From: Lama guanicoe
Lineage: Eukaryota
NCBI GenBank assembly: GCA_013239625.1
Contig: MU055753.1
Span: 6,764,821-6,828,589, forward strand
Direction of reading: 5' to 3'
Length of the DNA stretch: 63,769 nucleotides
A model generated the notes under the pieces. It did no database searches. It was not told the origin of the DNA and saw only the letters and a list, made by a program, of their open reading frames with translations. Every line of letters begins with the position of its first letter. Position 1 is the stretch's first letter. The position numbers were made by a program, and so were the translations under genes. Shown here piece after piece: positions 12,640 through 24,910 of this stretch.

Positions 12640-13190
12640 CTGGTTTTCTCCATCACCCCTGTTGCAGGTCTAATCTGAGTCCCCATCACCTCTCCCTCAT
12701 GCCTTCTTTCTAAGTCACTGTCCACTGTCACTTTCCCCCAGTTCATTCTGAACAGGGTAGCCAACATAGCCTTTGGAGAAATAAATATGATCCTGATTCT
12801 CTGCTGTACGAAGCCCTTCCCACTGCTCTGATCATGTAATCAACAAAGCCATGGGTTAACCAGCTTCCATTGCCCCTCAAGCCTCAGCATGTGCCGACTT
12901 ACCCCTTACTAACTTCCTCACTCTACACTGTACTCCCAGTTCCGGGGTCAGGCCAAGTGCTCTTCCACCAAAGGACTGAAAGCATGTTCCCTTCGTTCTC
13001 CCTCTGCTCTTCTCCTCTTGACATCCTACTCACTATTCAAGTCTCCACGTACGTGGTACTTCTTCCAGGGAACTGCCTGTGATCGCTGAGATTGAGGCAG
13101 TTCCCTTGGCACGTGGTCTCAGAATCTGCATTTCCTGTACACCTACCCCTTACTTGGTAACTTCAGTGTCTGAAGCCATACCATTGACTG
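12640..13190 (+). mobile_element. L2 LINE fragment
   Basis: 'ccatcacctctc...ttcattctgaacagggtagcc...ccaagtgctcttccacc...cctactcactattcaagtctc' resembles the L2 3' region. Confidence 0.55.
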
Positions 13191-13573
13191 AAAAGCCAAA
13201 TAAAAATAAAGCACCTCCTTAATTTTAATGGGAAAAATCATTTTGAGTTCTGTGCCAAATTAATATATATAAGGAATTTTCATGTCTAGTTTTTAAAAAC
13301 ATAGATATACAGCTATATATGTATGTATATAGGTATATGTATATATAGAAATGGAATAATATAAAATGTAAGAAGTAAGCGATAGTTTGAAAATAAATAG
13401 TCTGCATGTGAAATGTAACCGAATGGAAATTTCACTGGTCAAAGGAGAAAAAGAATTTACCAGCGGGTGGTTAGAGAGAAGAGTCATTCTTGGAAGAGAA
13501 ATTATTTTTTTCCGTATCAGTGTTCTAACATTTGGGGGAAACTCATAGTTATCTTTCACTCAAACTGCACTTT

Positions 13574-13857
13574 CTTCCTTTCTTTATATTGATTTAGAGT
13601 TGATTCACAATATTGTATTAGTTTCAGGTGTACAACATAGTGATTTAACATTTTTATAGATTATACTCCATTTAAAGTTATTACAAAATAATGGCTGTAT
13701 CTCACTGTGCTGCACAATAGATCCTTGTTGCTTATCTATTTTATACATAGTAGTTTGTACCTCTTAATCCATGACTCCTAGCTAGCCCCTCCCCTTCCCT
13801 CTTCACACTGGTAAGCACTTGTTTGTTCTCCATATCTATGAGTCCGTTTCTGTTTTG
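13574..13857 (-). mobile_element. 5'-truncated L1 3' end with perfect TSD
   Basis: 'ttagtttcaggtgtacaacatagtgatt...ctgtgctgcacaatagatccttg...ctggtaagcact...gagtccgtttctgttttg'; perfect 14-bp TSD tcaaactgcacttt at 13560-13573 and 13858-13871. Confidence 0.92.
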
Positions 13858-14356
13858 TCAAACTGCACTTTAAAGTTATGGCACAGAAAATACATGTAAA
13901 GCAAAATAAAAGCTAAACACAAGAGTGCTTGTAATACATAGAAATAACACTTGTGGGTGAAAGATGGATTAATCTCAGATGGTACCTCTTTATTGCTCTC
14001 ACATGGTATATGCAGAAGGTTTGGGGTTTATCCCAGCACAGAGCACAGTTCATTCTCTAACTCAGAGCACATGACATTCTCTAACTAGACACTCTTATGG
14101 AAAGGAAAATGACTGTACTGTCAAAATATAATTTTTTATAGAGGACTTGTTTATGTGTTTTGTGTGTGAAAAAGAATCATTAAATTGGAAGATGGTTGTC
14201 ATTAAGCTAAAGGTGATACGGATTTTCAAAATAACGTGACTTTATAACTACATAAGCACTATAGGTATGCAGCTCTCTAAGTTGTAACTGTAACTTTAAC
14301 AAGATTAACAGAGCAGTCATTCCATGGGTAAGTCTATAATTACGCATTTAAATTGT

Positions 14357-14852
14357 TTTTGTTTGTTTNNNNNNNNNNNNNNNNNNNNNNNNNNNNNNNN
14401 NNNNNNNNNNNNNNNNNNNNNNNNNNNNNNNNNNNNNNNNNNNNNNNNNNNNNNNNNNNNNNNNNNNNNNNNNNNNNNNNNNNNNNNNNNNNNNNNNNNN
14501 NNNNNNNNNNNNNNNNNNNNNNNNNNNNNNNNNNNNNNNNNNNNNNNNNNNNNNNNNNNNNNNNNNNNNNNNNNNNNNNNNNNNNNNNNNNNNNNNNNNT
14601 TTGTATTCTTGTGAGTCTGTTTCTGTTTTGTATTTGTGTGTGTGTGTGTGTGTGTGTTTTAAGATTCTGCATATGAGTGATCTCATATAGTATTTCTCTT
14701 TCTCTTTCTAGCTTACTTCACTTAGAATGACATTCTCCAGGAACATCCATGTTGCTCCAAATGGCGTTATGTTGTCGGTTTTTGTGGCTGAATAGTATTC
14801 CATTGTATATTTATACCACATCTTCTTTATCCAGTCATCTGTTGATGGACAT
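14357..14852 (-). mobile_element. Young L1 3' fragment spanning an assembly gap, with (TG)n
   Basis: 'gtgagtctgtttctgttttg...cttacttcacttagaatgac...tccagtcatctgttgatggaca'; flanking near-repeat cgcatttaaattgt / cacacttaaattgt as probable TSD. Confidence 0.88.
14369..14599. other. Assembly gap (231 N)
   Basis: Run of N. Confidence 1.
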
Positions 14853-16779
14853 TCACACTTAAATTGTATATTTGTTAAATAGGCTTTTTCCACCACTAGT
14901 GAATAAACTCCACAAAGGGCCTTAACTGTTCTATTTCTAGCACCTGGCACAGTGCAATAAACAATGTCTTGGGATGGTGGCTTATGGTACAGAGATAAAA
15001 GCCAGGAAGAAACAAGGTTGAAATGAGAGCAAGAAGGAAGTTGGGGGAACTTAAGAGAGAAAGAAAATATCCCACACCTTTACTATGAAAGGAAGGGAAA
15101 TAAAATATGTCCCAGACATATATATTGGATTATTTTACAGCAAAACTGATACATATACACAGTTAATACAGCTAATTACATGCATTACTTTCCATTGATA
15201 CTAGTATATATACAGCTTTGTATCTAGACTCAAAAGAAGTCACCAGATCTAATAATGTTCCTTTTTGTCTCCTCTACTGCTGCAACATTTGATTGTGATG
15301 GTCATCACAGGAAGTGAAATGACTCAAGAAATGACTTGAGTATTTCACAGGCTACTTTATTATATAAATAAACAATGTAAGCCATTATGTGTATAGCTAG
15401 CCCAGAATGTGTTGCTGCAACTACAAACAGGCATAATTTTTGAGTTCCTCAGTATCTTTTCTCCTGGTTCCAGCACCTAGGTATTGGACAACTCCTTTTG
15501 GATGTGCAGGTTGATCCTTCCTAGACAGCAAATTCAACTGGATTCAACAAATACGCTCTATGTATGCTAAGGTAATTTTAACATGAGACAATGCTAGAGA
15601 GAAACCATAGCCTGGTGTCTCTTTATACCGGCTGAAATAAAACATGAAGAGACTTTGAAAATGACCTTTCTAATGAAGATATAGGTTGGACTGGTAGCCA
15701 AGTTTTATTCAAGTATGTTTCAGATTCATAGCTGTTTTCAATCTAGTTAAATCTCCCCCTGTCCTGCCCCGACCCACACCAAAAAGGAAAAAAACAACTT
15801 TGACCTATCTTGAGCCAAAGTCACACTGTTCTGGCTGTTAAGAATATGATTAGCTTCTGAAAGTGACTGATGCCCTAGGTTTTCAATCATGTTAGAATTC
15901 TGGAATAATGGAATTTCTTATGAGGTCTACAAAAAGGTCTGATAGACTTTCAACAGCAACTTCCTCCTCCTTCCTGGGAACTGGATTTACTTCTGCCAGT
16001 CAACTTCTGCTTACTGCTACGCAGATGTGCAGATTTATGGTTTGGTCCATGTCAAAAGATCTGAAAATTAGTGGCACATTTAGTAACTCTCCTGAGTTCA
16101 AATGTCAATTGATCTTTCTTTGATAGAATTTCATTAATTCATCCAGCATTAAAAATTTAGACAAATATACATTTTAAATGAGATTTAGTATGTCTAGAAC
16201 ATAAGTAAAAGTAGGATTCCATTATGTCTATCAGAACGTAGACTTGAATCTGGAATCCAGCCCAACAAGCTGGTTGAATTTTTGCATTGCTTTACCTCCA
16301 CGTACCTTAATCTTCTTATCTGTAAGGTAAGGATTTTTATAATATCTACTATGGCAGAGATCCTAGAAAGCCAGCAGCAGTGGTACAGAAGTAGCAATGT
16401 TCTGCTTGCTATTATTGTAGTAATTGTTGAGGTTTTCAAGTAACACATGAGACTTCAAAACCATCTTCCAATGAAGGAACTCCTTCGGATGAATATTCCA
16501 TTCTTACTGGAAGGACTGGAGATGCTGAGATATGAGTTGGTCTTCTTTAAATTTAGAGGCACGTTTTTGATAGAGATAAAGATAAAGAACCATCATTAGG
16601 TTTCCAAATTACTTGTGCAATAAAATTAAATGCTACACTAATATTTTAAGCATGCTTTCTAGGATAGGCCCTCTGCCCTTATCAAATGAGGTTGTAATTT
16701 TTGGTTTGTATTTTGGCTGAATCCATGACCCTGTTAACCCCTTTAAACACAAGGTCATATTAAAAATTAAAGAGGATAA

Positions 16780-18360
16780 ACTTCACTTTGGCTTCCAGTA
16801 TGATTTAGAAAGCTTCCCCAAAATAAAAACTGTAAACTTTGAACAAAGTAAAAACACGACTACATTAAAGCACTTGGGAGTGTAAAAGCAGGCAGATTCT
16901 TAAAGAAATCATCGTTTGAAAAAAGGGAATTGCTCTGGGTGAGTTTCCCATCTTCACAGCTTATAGCTGGTGGCAGGCATCCTTCTGTGTCGTTTTGGGT
17001 GGCTGCGCCCACAGCGTGTCGTGCCTGACAAATTAGAGGACAGAGTCTGAGGCAATCACAGCATCTGAAAAGTGAGGGAGGATTTCCTGAACAGGAGAGG
17101 GAGGGCATTAGATTTTGTTTATGAATTTTGCCTGAATATCTGACTGGTCACTGAACCACCCATGCACAGGGAAGGCTACAAATGACCAACCTAAAAGTGA
17201 AATAAATGAACTGAGTTTGAGTTGCCCCTCAAAAGGTAGAGTTTGGAGTTTGAGTCCAACCAAGTTGATTTTCTGCTAACATTGAAAGATAAATCAACAT
17301 ACTTTAGACGAACATAACAGAATTTAAAGTCTCAATAACACAAACATTTGCAAGATCCATACCAAAAAGGGAAATGTGATTGATTCTTAAAAAGTAGGCA
17401 ATCAGAAGAGACCAGCCTGAAATGCTCAACAGATTGGCTAGCGCTGAAAATTATTTTAAAATCCCTATTGCGTGTATACTCAATGATGAAAATAAAACTA
17501 TGTTAATAATAAATGAAAAGATATAAATGTCAGCAAGGATTTATAAAGTCTTAGAAACAAATTGATATTTTAGAACTAAAAAAAATACAACATTTGAAAT
17601 TAAAATTCACTGGATGGACTTAACAGTTGTATTGGAGACGACAGAGAAAAGTCAGTGAAGTTGAATATAGATCAGGGAAAAGCATCCACTCAGAAAAACA
17701 GAAAAATGAAAGACTGAAGAAATGAACAGAGCTCCAATCATCTGTGGAACAATATTAAAATATCTAATGTATGTTTAACTTGAGTTCCAGAAGGAGAGGA
17801 GAAAAGGAATAGGGCGTGATTTTTTTTGAAGAAATAATGTCTACAAGCTTTTTGAATTTGGAAAAATATATATTTACAGATCAAAGAAGTTTAGCGAAAT
17901 CCATCTAAAGTAAATATAAAGAATACCACATCCAGACATCCAGACACATCAAAATCAAACTGTGAACAGAAAAGATAAAGAAGGAATCTTGAAAGCAGCC
18001 TGACAAAGCAACACACTACATGCAGGAGAATTATTGTTGATTTCTTATTAGAAGCAACAGATTTCAGAAGATGGTGGAGCAAAGGAAAAAATCAAAACTA
18101 TCAATCCAGAATTCCTTAAAAAAATCCTTCAAAAATTAAGATGAATTAAATATGTTTTTAGATAAAAGGAAGCTAAGAGAATTTGTTGAACAGATACGGA
18201 GTATAGTAAATGTTGAAGGAAATGCCTCAGGTTGAGAGAAAATTATACCAGTTGGTAACTCAGTTCTTCAGGAAGGATGAACATTGGTAAATATTTAGGT
18301 GAATATAAAATACAATTTTCTTCTTAATTTTAAAAAATATATCAATTCTGAATTTTAAGT
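16780..18360 (+). mobile_element. Ancient L1 (L1M-class) 5'/ORF1 remnant
   Basis: A-rich ORF1-like motifs 'gaaattaaaattcactggatggacttaacag', 'agtcagtgaagttgaatatag', 'gagttccagaaggagaggaga', 'gaagaaataatg', 'atcttgaaagcagcc'; no intact frame. Confidence 0.8.
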
Positions 18361-18597
18361 AATTCTTGACAGTTAATAGAGTTTTAGTAGTTGGAGGTTG
18401 AATGAAAAAATGAGGGCGGGTGAAGGGGGGTTGTATCCCAGGGAAAGAAATGCATGATCTTGGCAACTTTGTTTCTGCTGAAGGGTATATTCGTCAAATT
18501 CAGAGATGGTGATTTCGTCGTAAGTTAAGGGTCGTTTTAAAAGCAGGTCTTGAATGCCTACTAAATACAAGGAATTTTGCAGGTGTTAAATAAATCA

Positions 18598-19060
18598 TGG
18601 TATTGAGTGTGGCCCTGGCATAAAAACAGATGATGTATTCAGAAAAGACGATCAAAGGGGGTTTAATGAATGAACGCCTTATAAGGTGTGGGATATTGAC
18701 AAGGGATGGAGAAGTATCCTGAAGCTCGCAGTGAAGGGCATGCCTTTATCACCCCTAGATTACTTTCCTAGGGACAAGTAAAGAAAGGAGTTGCCAAGCC
18801 TGGTGAGAGCTGTCGCTGGCTGTATAATAAGACTGCCTGACGGAAGACATGACCTTGGACAGAGGAGGTCTGCCATACTACGGAGCACTGCGCTGTGGTA
18901 CACCACAGTCCCGCAGGAGGGCGACCTGGGAGTAAATACTGTGATCTCTCTCTTCTCGCTATATAATTTCCTAATAGCTTCCTACCAGTTCCTGCCATCG
19001 GCTCAACTGATCTAGGGTCTAGAAAGCAAGGAATCCACTTGGAGCAGCCTCTCCATACAC
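18598..19060. mobile_element. ERVL solo LTR (LTR33-like)
   Basis: 'aaaacagatg...gtttaatgaa...aaggtgtggg...acaagggatgg...atcacccctag...taaatactgtgatctctctctt...gcaaggaatcc' follows the recalled LTR33-type layout. Confidence 0.6.
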
Positions 19061-19701
19061 ATAGTTTCTTTGTGTTTTCGGTGCTCAAAGCAAGATGGAG
19101 ATGGACAGGGGGTGGTTCTCGGCAACAAATGGAGGTTAACAAGACTAGAGCAGACAAAGTCCCTGTCCTTTGGTTTTGCAGTCTTAACACTTAAATAACA
19201 GGGCAATAGGCTTGGTCTTTATCAGCAGTCGCTCAGATAACCCCATGCAGAAGGATCTCTCTTGAGCTATTCTATGAAGCCAGCATTGATACCCTAAATA
19301 TGAACGTTTTCAAAGCACTGTCAAACAGGGTTTGACCTTACATCTACTCCACCCTAGATATACACGTCGTCACCAAGGAAACAGGCTGAGAAAAATAAAA
19401 AGTACTTGCCTAGGGTTACATAGCTAATTATTGTGAGAACCAGGAATGGAACCAGCCTTTCTGAATCACACCTAGCCAGCATCCCATCCACGACCACTTT
19501 AAATATATAAATGTGGGCATTTTGTTCTAAGTTGCCAGGAAAAAAAATATATAATTCCTTGCATCCTGGGTTTAAGTTGGTTTCCCACATATAGTATGTT
19601 TCTTCAAGTATCAGTGGAACTGGAATGCATATCTGCTTGCAGGCATAGAGCACACACAACTTTAAATCTCAGTTGTTTTCTTGAAATTACTAACAATGTC
19701 C

Positions 19702-19909
19702 TTAACAGCAACAATGCACTGAGTCCTCTTTAAATACCAAACACTGTAAAAAAAAAAAAACATTTTTAGATATTATTTGTTTGTTTTCTTTTTAAGAACA
19801 ACAAATTAACAGCAACAATGCACTGAGTCCTCTTTAAATACCAAACACTGTAAAAAAAAAAAAACACCTTTAGAAATTATTAGTTTGTTGACTTCTTATG
19901 AAGACCATG
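19702..19909. repeat. ~104-bp direct tandem duplication (probably an assembly artefact)
   Basis: 'ttaacagcaacaatgcactgagtcctctttaaataccaaacactgt(a)n' starts at 19702 and again at 19806. Confidence 0.9.
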
Positions 19910-20060
19910 TGAGGTAGGTAATATTACCCCCATTGTACAGATGAGAACATGGAAGCACCAAGAGATGAAGTAACTTGCCATTTCTCACCTTATTAAGACG
20001 AGGGCACCACCACAAGTTGAATCTCTGTAATGGAAATCCTGTGCTGTTAACCATTCTGTC
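19810..20060 (-). mobile_element. MIR SINE
   Basis: 'gtgaggtaggtaatattacccccattgtacagatgagaacatggaagcac...aagtaacttgcc' reverse MIR core. Confidence 0.8.
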
Positions 20061-20664
20061 CTACCTTGGGGGCAAGTGAACTGAAGTGAACTATGCCTGA
20101 CCTTCATGGCTGGTGACATATTAGCACTGGGCTGACAGAGTGGGAGCCAATTCATAATTTATCTCAGAAAAAAAAAAGTTTCCTCCATCTTGCAGCTGAC
20201 AACCGAACCTTTTAGCAGCATCAGGGGGAATTACGTGCAAAGAAAAATGGCATGTCTGTGAATACTACGTGATCTTCGTGTCTGCTAAATTGATTTTTAT
20301 TTTCAGAGATGAAATATTTCCAGGAGTTCTGTCTGGATTGGAAGGATGCCAAGGACAGTTAAACTTTTCCACCAGACCTTTTGGGTTAGTCCAAGCCTTC
20401 TCATTTTCAGAGTTTCCTCTGGAAAGCCTGTCGATGTGGGAAGAACACAACCGTGAGAATTCACATGTGGATCTGAAGAGTGTGACGTCTCCCGCACGTC
20501 CTGTGAAAGAGGCCCCAGCGTGGGAGAATAAAGCCACAGAGGAAGAGCACTTGGCTTTTATCAAGAAGGACTAGGAACTCAAGTCTCCTCTGGAGCCTGG
20601 CCGATGGCAGGGTCTTCTCTCTTCTCTGCCCCTCTGCAGTGAATATTCATGAAACAAGCCTCAC

Positions 20665-20860
20665 AGCAATAGCCTCACTTATTGAATAATTTAAGTCGCC
20701 AAGCACTGTCCTAAATCCACTATACAGATTATCTCATTTAATCTTTGCAACAAACTGATGAGCTCGATACCATTGTTAGCCACTTTTAGGGATAAGGAAA
20801 CTAGTCATCAGGCTTTACTGGAAAACCAAGCTGCTAATTGCTAAAGTGGATCTGATTTGA
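20665..20860 (-). mobile_element. MIR SINE
   Basis: 'cacttattgaa...ccaagcactgtcctaa...attatctcatttaatctttgcaacaa...gataaggaaact'. Confidence 0.75.
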
Positions 20861-20865
20861 CTTCA

Positions 20866-21045
20866 AAGGTTGTTTTCAACCCTGGCTGCATATTTGAATC
20901 ACCTATAGGAAATGTAAAATACACCACCAGTATCTAAACCTCACCCTCACGGGTCCATTACAGTTGATCTGGGATGTACGCTGGGCATCTTTTTTTTTTT
21001 TTTAAAGTCCCCAAGTGATTCTGATGTGTACCCAGAGAACCCACA
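20866..21045. mobile_element. MER5-family hAT-Charlie MITE
   Basis: 'ttttcaaccctggctgcatatttgaatcacct...tctgggatg...gggcatc...aaagtccccaagtgattctgatgtg'. Confidence 0.8.
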
Positions 21046-22099
21046 ACACTGAGCTTTGTGGATACCTCATATTAGCATGCTGAAACACCGAAACGGACTA
21101 ATAACGGAGTTTACCTTCCTCGTGCACAGCACACCACAAAAGCCTCCTACGTGAATAGCTCTAAATCCTCCCAAAGATGAGGACTTGCTGAGTTGTGCCG
21201 GGTAGCCAAAAGCTAAGATTTACTTCTAGTCTTCAACCTTGGCAGGAAGTAGCAGTATTTAATTTTGGTTACACTAAACCAGATAATTCAGAACCATCCT
21301 AAAGTCCTTCAGGCAGCATTCAGAAAGATCAACCCAAGTGGCCAAGAGGGAGATTTCCTGTCCTGTCCCTGATAAAACATGACACACCAATTCCATCTCA
21401 GGCCTGAGAACACCTTCACCATCAGAACAAGTGGAGACCACCAGAAACCGAACCGTTCACTCCGTGAGATAACTAATGTGACATTGAAAGGGACTCATCA
21501 GAGGAAAAGAACAATTTCAGCATTAACCATTCTGGTTAGAAAAAGTGTCCATTTCTGTAGGGCAACAGACGTTGTGTCTTCAGGAATATTCAATCCCCTA
21601 GCTTTAATCAGCTGAGTGAGAAAGGCCTACTTCATTATCAAAGGACAGTCGAGGGAAAGTGTCAGTTCTGCAGGTCATTATAAATGAACTTTGTTCAAAG
21701 GAACAATTCATGGCCTATTTTTATAACCAGCATGGCTTTCAAGGGATTTCAATTCATGGAGGATATGCCTTGATTAAAGAAGATTTAAATCTAAATAAAA
21801 GATCTCTAAGTGACAAGATAAGTGGTCTGGTTGTCCATTCATTAGGCATCCCATGGTCTCAGAAAGCCAGAGTGGGAAAAATTGACTTGGTTTCAAAGTT
21901 CTGATATTTACCAAAAATGTAATTGATTGGAAAAATGAGTACTATGAGAAGGCCACAGAATTACCTAACTAGTCCTTCCTCCATTCGAAAAAATTATGTA
22001 ATATTTCATGAATAAATAAGTATATTATTGATTTACAAGTTATTAAAATAATATAATGTATCACAATGTGCCAATCAGTTGACAAAGTGGAAAGAATAT

Positions 22100-24360
22100 T
22101 ACCGGTATTTCTGAAGTCTTCCTTGTCTTCCACCTATATTGAGCCTAAAGGTAACCATCTCCTAAATTTTGTGGATATCATGTCTTAGCTTTTCTGTAAA
22201 GTTTTACCAGCTACTGCTTATGCAGCATATTATTTACTTTTCATGTTTGGAAGCCTTATGTAAATAAAATCATACAGTACATATTATTTTAATATTTGTT
22301 CTTGTTTTACTTTGTGCTGAAAGTGTCTTGTGAGATGTATCTATTTTATATATAAATAGTGTTTGTTTACTTTACCTCTCCATGGTATTCCAGTGTATAA
22401 GTATGCCACAATTAATTTACCTGTTTACCTATTGTTGGATTTGCTGGATGTTTACAATTGTTTTTTAAAAAATATTCTTCTGAAGCAAAGGTACTAACAA
22501 TATTTAAGAGGTTTCTAGGATATACATTTTTTAAACTACAGTCGATCCTTGAACAACTCAAGGGTTGGGGCATCGACCCTCCACACAGTCAAAAATCTGT
22601 ATAACTTATCATCGACCCTCTGTATCCAAGGTTCCTCTATATCTGAGTTTCCTCACATCCACAGATTCAAACAATTTCAGGTGATGTTGTACTGTAGTAT
22701 TTACTATCGAAAAAAATCCATGTATAAGTGGACCCGTGCAGTTCAAACGCATGTTGTTCAAAGATCAACTCTATATAATATAATGACATTTGTATCCTTA
22801 AGCAGCTGCAAATATTTACGCTCCCAGCCACCAGTCGTATGTTGAGCGTCCCTTCTCCATATCTATATTTTCAAACTTATAAGTTGTGTCAAACTGTTCA
22901 TGTAAACATTTTATCGTGGCTTTAGTTTGCATTTTTCTGATTATCAGTGAGGGTGACCATCGTCCTTTCTCTTTTGGGAATGTAAAGTCAAGAGTTTTGT
23001 CCCTTTATTATTACTTTTTCCTATTATTATTATTATTATTATTATTTGGTATTCCTTATTGAGTCTTGGGGAGTTTTCAATGTAGACCAACATTTTGTCA
23101 GTTTTATGTGTTGCTGACTACCTCTCCCAGTTTGTGGTTTGCTTTGAGTTTTGCACTGAGCTTCATATTTTTAGGACCAAAAGTTCTACGTGTGGGCATA
23201 GCCAAACTTATGAATCTTTTTCTCTGTGGCTATGGTTCTGCATCTTGATTAAGAAATCCTACCTTACTCAGGTGTTGTGAAGACATTCTTCTTTATTTTT
23301 TACCCTTAAGGTTTAAAAATTGAGTCTCCTATTTAAATATTTGATTCTCCTGGGGAAAAAAGATGAAAGGTGAAGATTCTCTCTCTCTGTCTCTTTCTCT
23401 CTCTCCCTCTCTTTCTCTCACTCTCTGAGTGTATAATCTGTTGTGAGGACATGGTTTATTTAAGAGACTCCCTTTTTCTCACTGATAGACACTTTGTATT
23501 TTCTTTCAGATATGAAGCTTTCATATCCATGTAGGTCTGTTTCTACAGACACTTTTTTTGTTTCTCCTTTCTTCTGATACATTGCATCTGAGCATCCCTG
23601 TATCATACCCACATGGTCTTAACTATACTTTTTTATGAACTCAAATTGAGTTGGGCAGTTATTCCACCATTTTATTTTTAGGTACCTCTTAACTAGTTTG
23701 GCCCCTCATTCTTCCCTATAAATTTTAGAATCGTATGTTAAGTTCCACAAAGGACACTGTAGGAACTTTACTGGCTATTGAATTGGATCTTTGGACCAAT
23801 TTAGGGGACAATTGGCTTCTTCTGGCATTACTAAATCTCCCTGGAAATGAGATATCTACCCATTTATGTAAGTCCTCTTTAATGGCTCCATAAAGTTCAA
23901 TTTCCCCCTAAAAGGTCATGGCCATATTTACTTAGACTTTTTCTTTGAAGTTTCGCCTATTTATTCTATGTTTTTCTATTGCTTTTCTTTTCATTTCTTC
24001 TCTACGACTAATTGAGCTTCCCATCTATCCTATCTCCATTTTCTTTTTTGTTCTTTACTGGTTTGTGAGTGCCACTCTCTATTTCAGATGTCTTAGTGGC
24101 TACTCTGAAATTATAGCAGACATACTTAATAAAGTCTAAAGTGTATCTCTCTTTAACTTCCTATTAAATATTATACAAAATTTATAATGCTTTAACTCAA
24201 ATCACCGTCCACCCAGTTGATAGTATATTAGTGTATCTTTGCCCAGTACTTTGGTTCATGTTAACCCTACAAAAGAATATTACTTGATTTGTTTTATACT
24301 GACAGTACTGTTCATTATTTATTATTTTCTTTGATCATCATTCCTGCTTCTCAGAGCTGG
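22100..24360 (-). mobile_element. Ancient L1 (L1ME-like) fragments, interrupted by a Tigger MITE
   Basis: T-rich reverse L1 motifs 'ggtattccagtgtataagtatgccacaatt', 'ttagtttgcatttttctgattatcagtgag', 'tataaattttagaatc', 'atctaccatttatgtaagtcctc'. Confidence 0.65.
22539..22771 (+). mobile_element. Tigger1-derived MITE (Tigger1a_Art-like, TcMar)
   Basis: Imperfect TIRs cagtcgatccttgaacaac / gttgttcaaagatcaactc, TA duplication on both sides, internal 'gtatttactatcgaaaaaaatccatgtataagtggacccgtgcagttcaaac'. Confidence 0.9.
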
Positions 24361-24409
24361 CTTCCAGGATCAAGGGAGTTAAGACAGAAAATGTTGTCGC
24401 CTTTACTTC

Positions 24410-24910
24410 CTTCATTTGTTCATTTATTTTTCAAATACATATTTAGAATGAACTAGATCAGGCACTGTACTAGATATTAGGAAGTGAATTAGGAGCGAAC
24501 AGCCCTATTCCTCTTCAAAGTTACATTCTAGTAGAAAGAAAGACGCTGTCAGATAATCGCACAAACAAAGCATTATAAACTATGATAAGTTCTCTGGTGG
24601 AATGATACCTGAGGTTATGGGATCTATGACTGTGGTGGGGTCTCACCTGGTATGGGGCTCAGAAAAAGGGAAATCGATATGAAGGCTAGGAGGACTTACC
24701 TAAGTAAAGAGGGGACAGGGGAGCATACAAAACTTGAGGGAATGGAGGAAAAGTTGGGGTCATTTCCAGCAGAGTAAACAACTTTTCAAAACACCATAGG
24801 AAAAAAGAAGAACATGGAGTATTTGAGGAACATGAAGAGGATCCCATGGGTGGTAAACATGTGGGAAGGGGGAGGGGCCACGTAGGAAGGAAGTGGCGGT
24901 CCAGCATCTT
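24410..24910 (-). mobile_element. L2 LINE 3' fragment
   Basis: 'ttcatttgttcatttatttttcaaatacatattt...caggcactgtactagat...gttacattctagt...catttccagcagag...gaggaac'. Confidence 0.7.

Noticed and set aside
14324-14686. ORFs of 96-112 aa
   Set aside because: Artefacts of translating through N; the same applies to ORFs at 57053-57730 and 61337-61603
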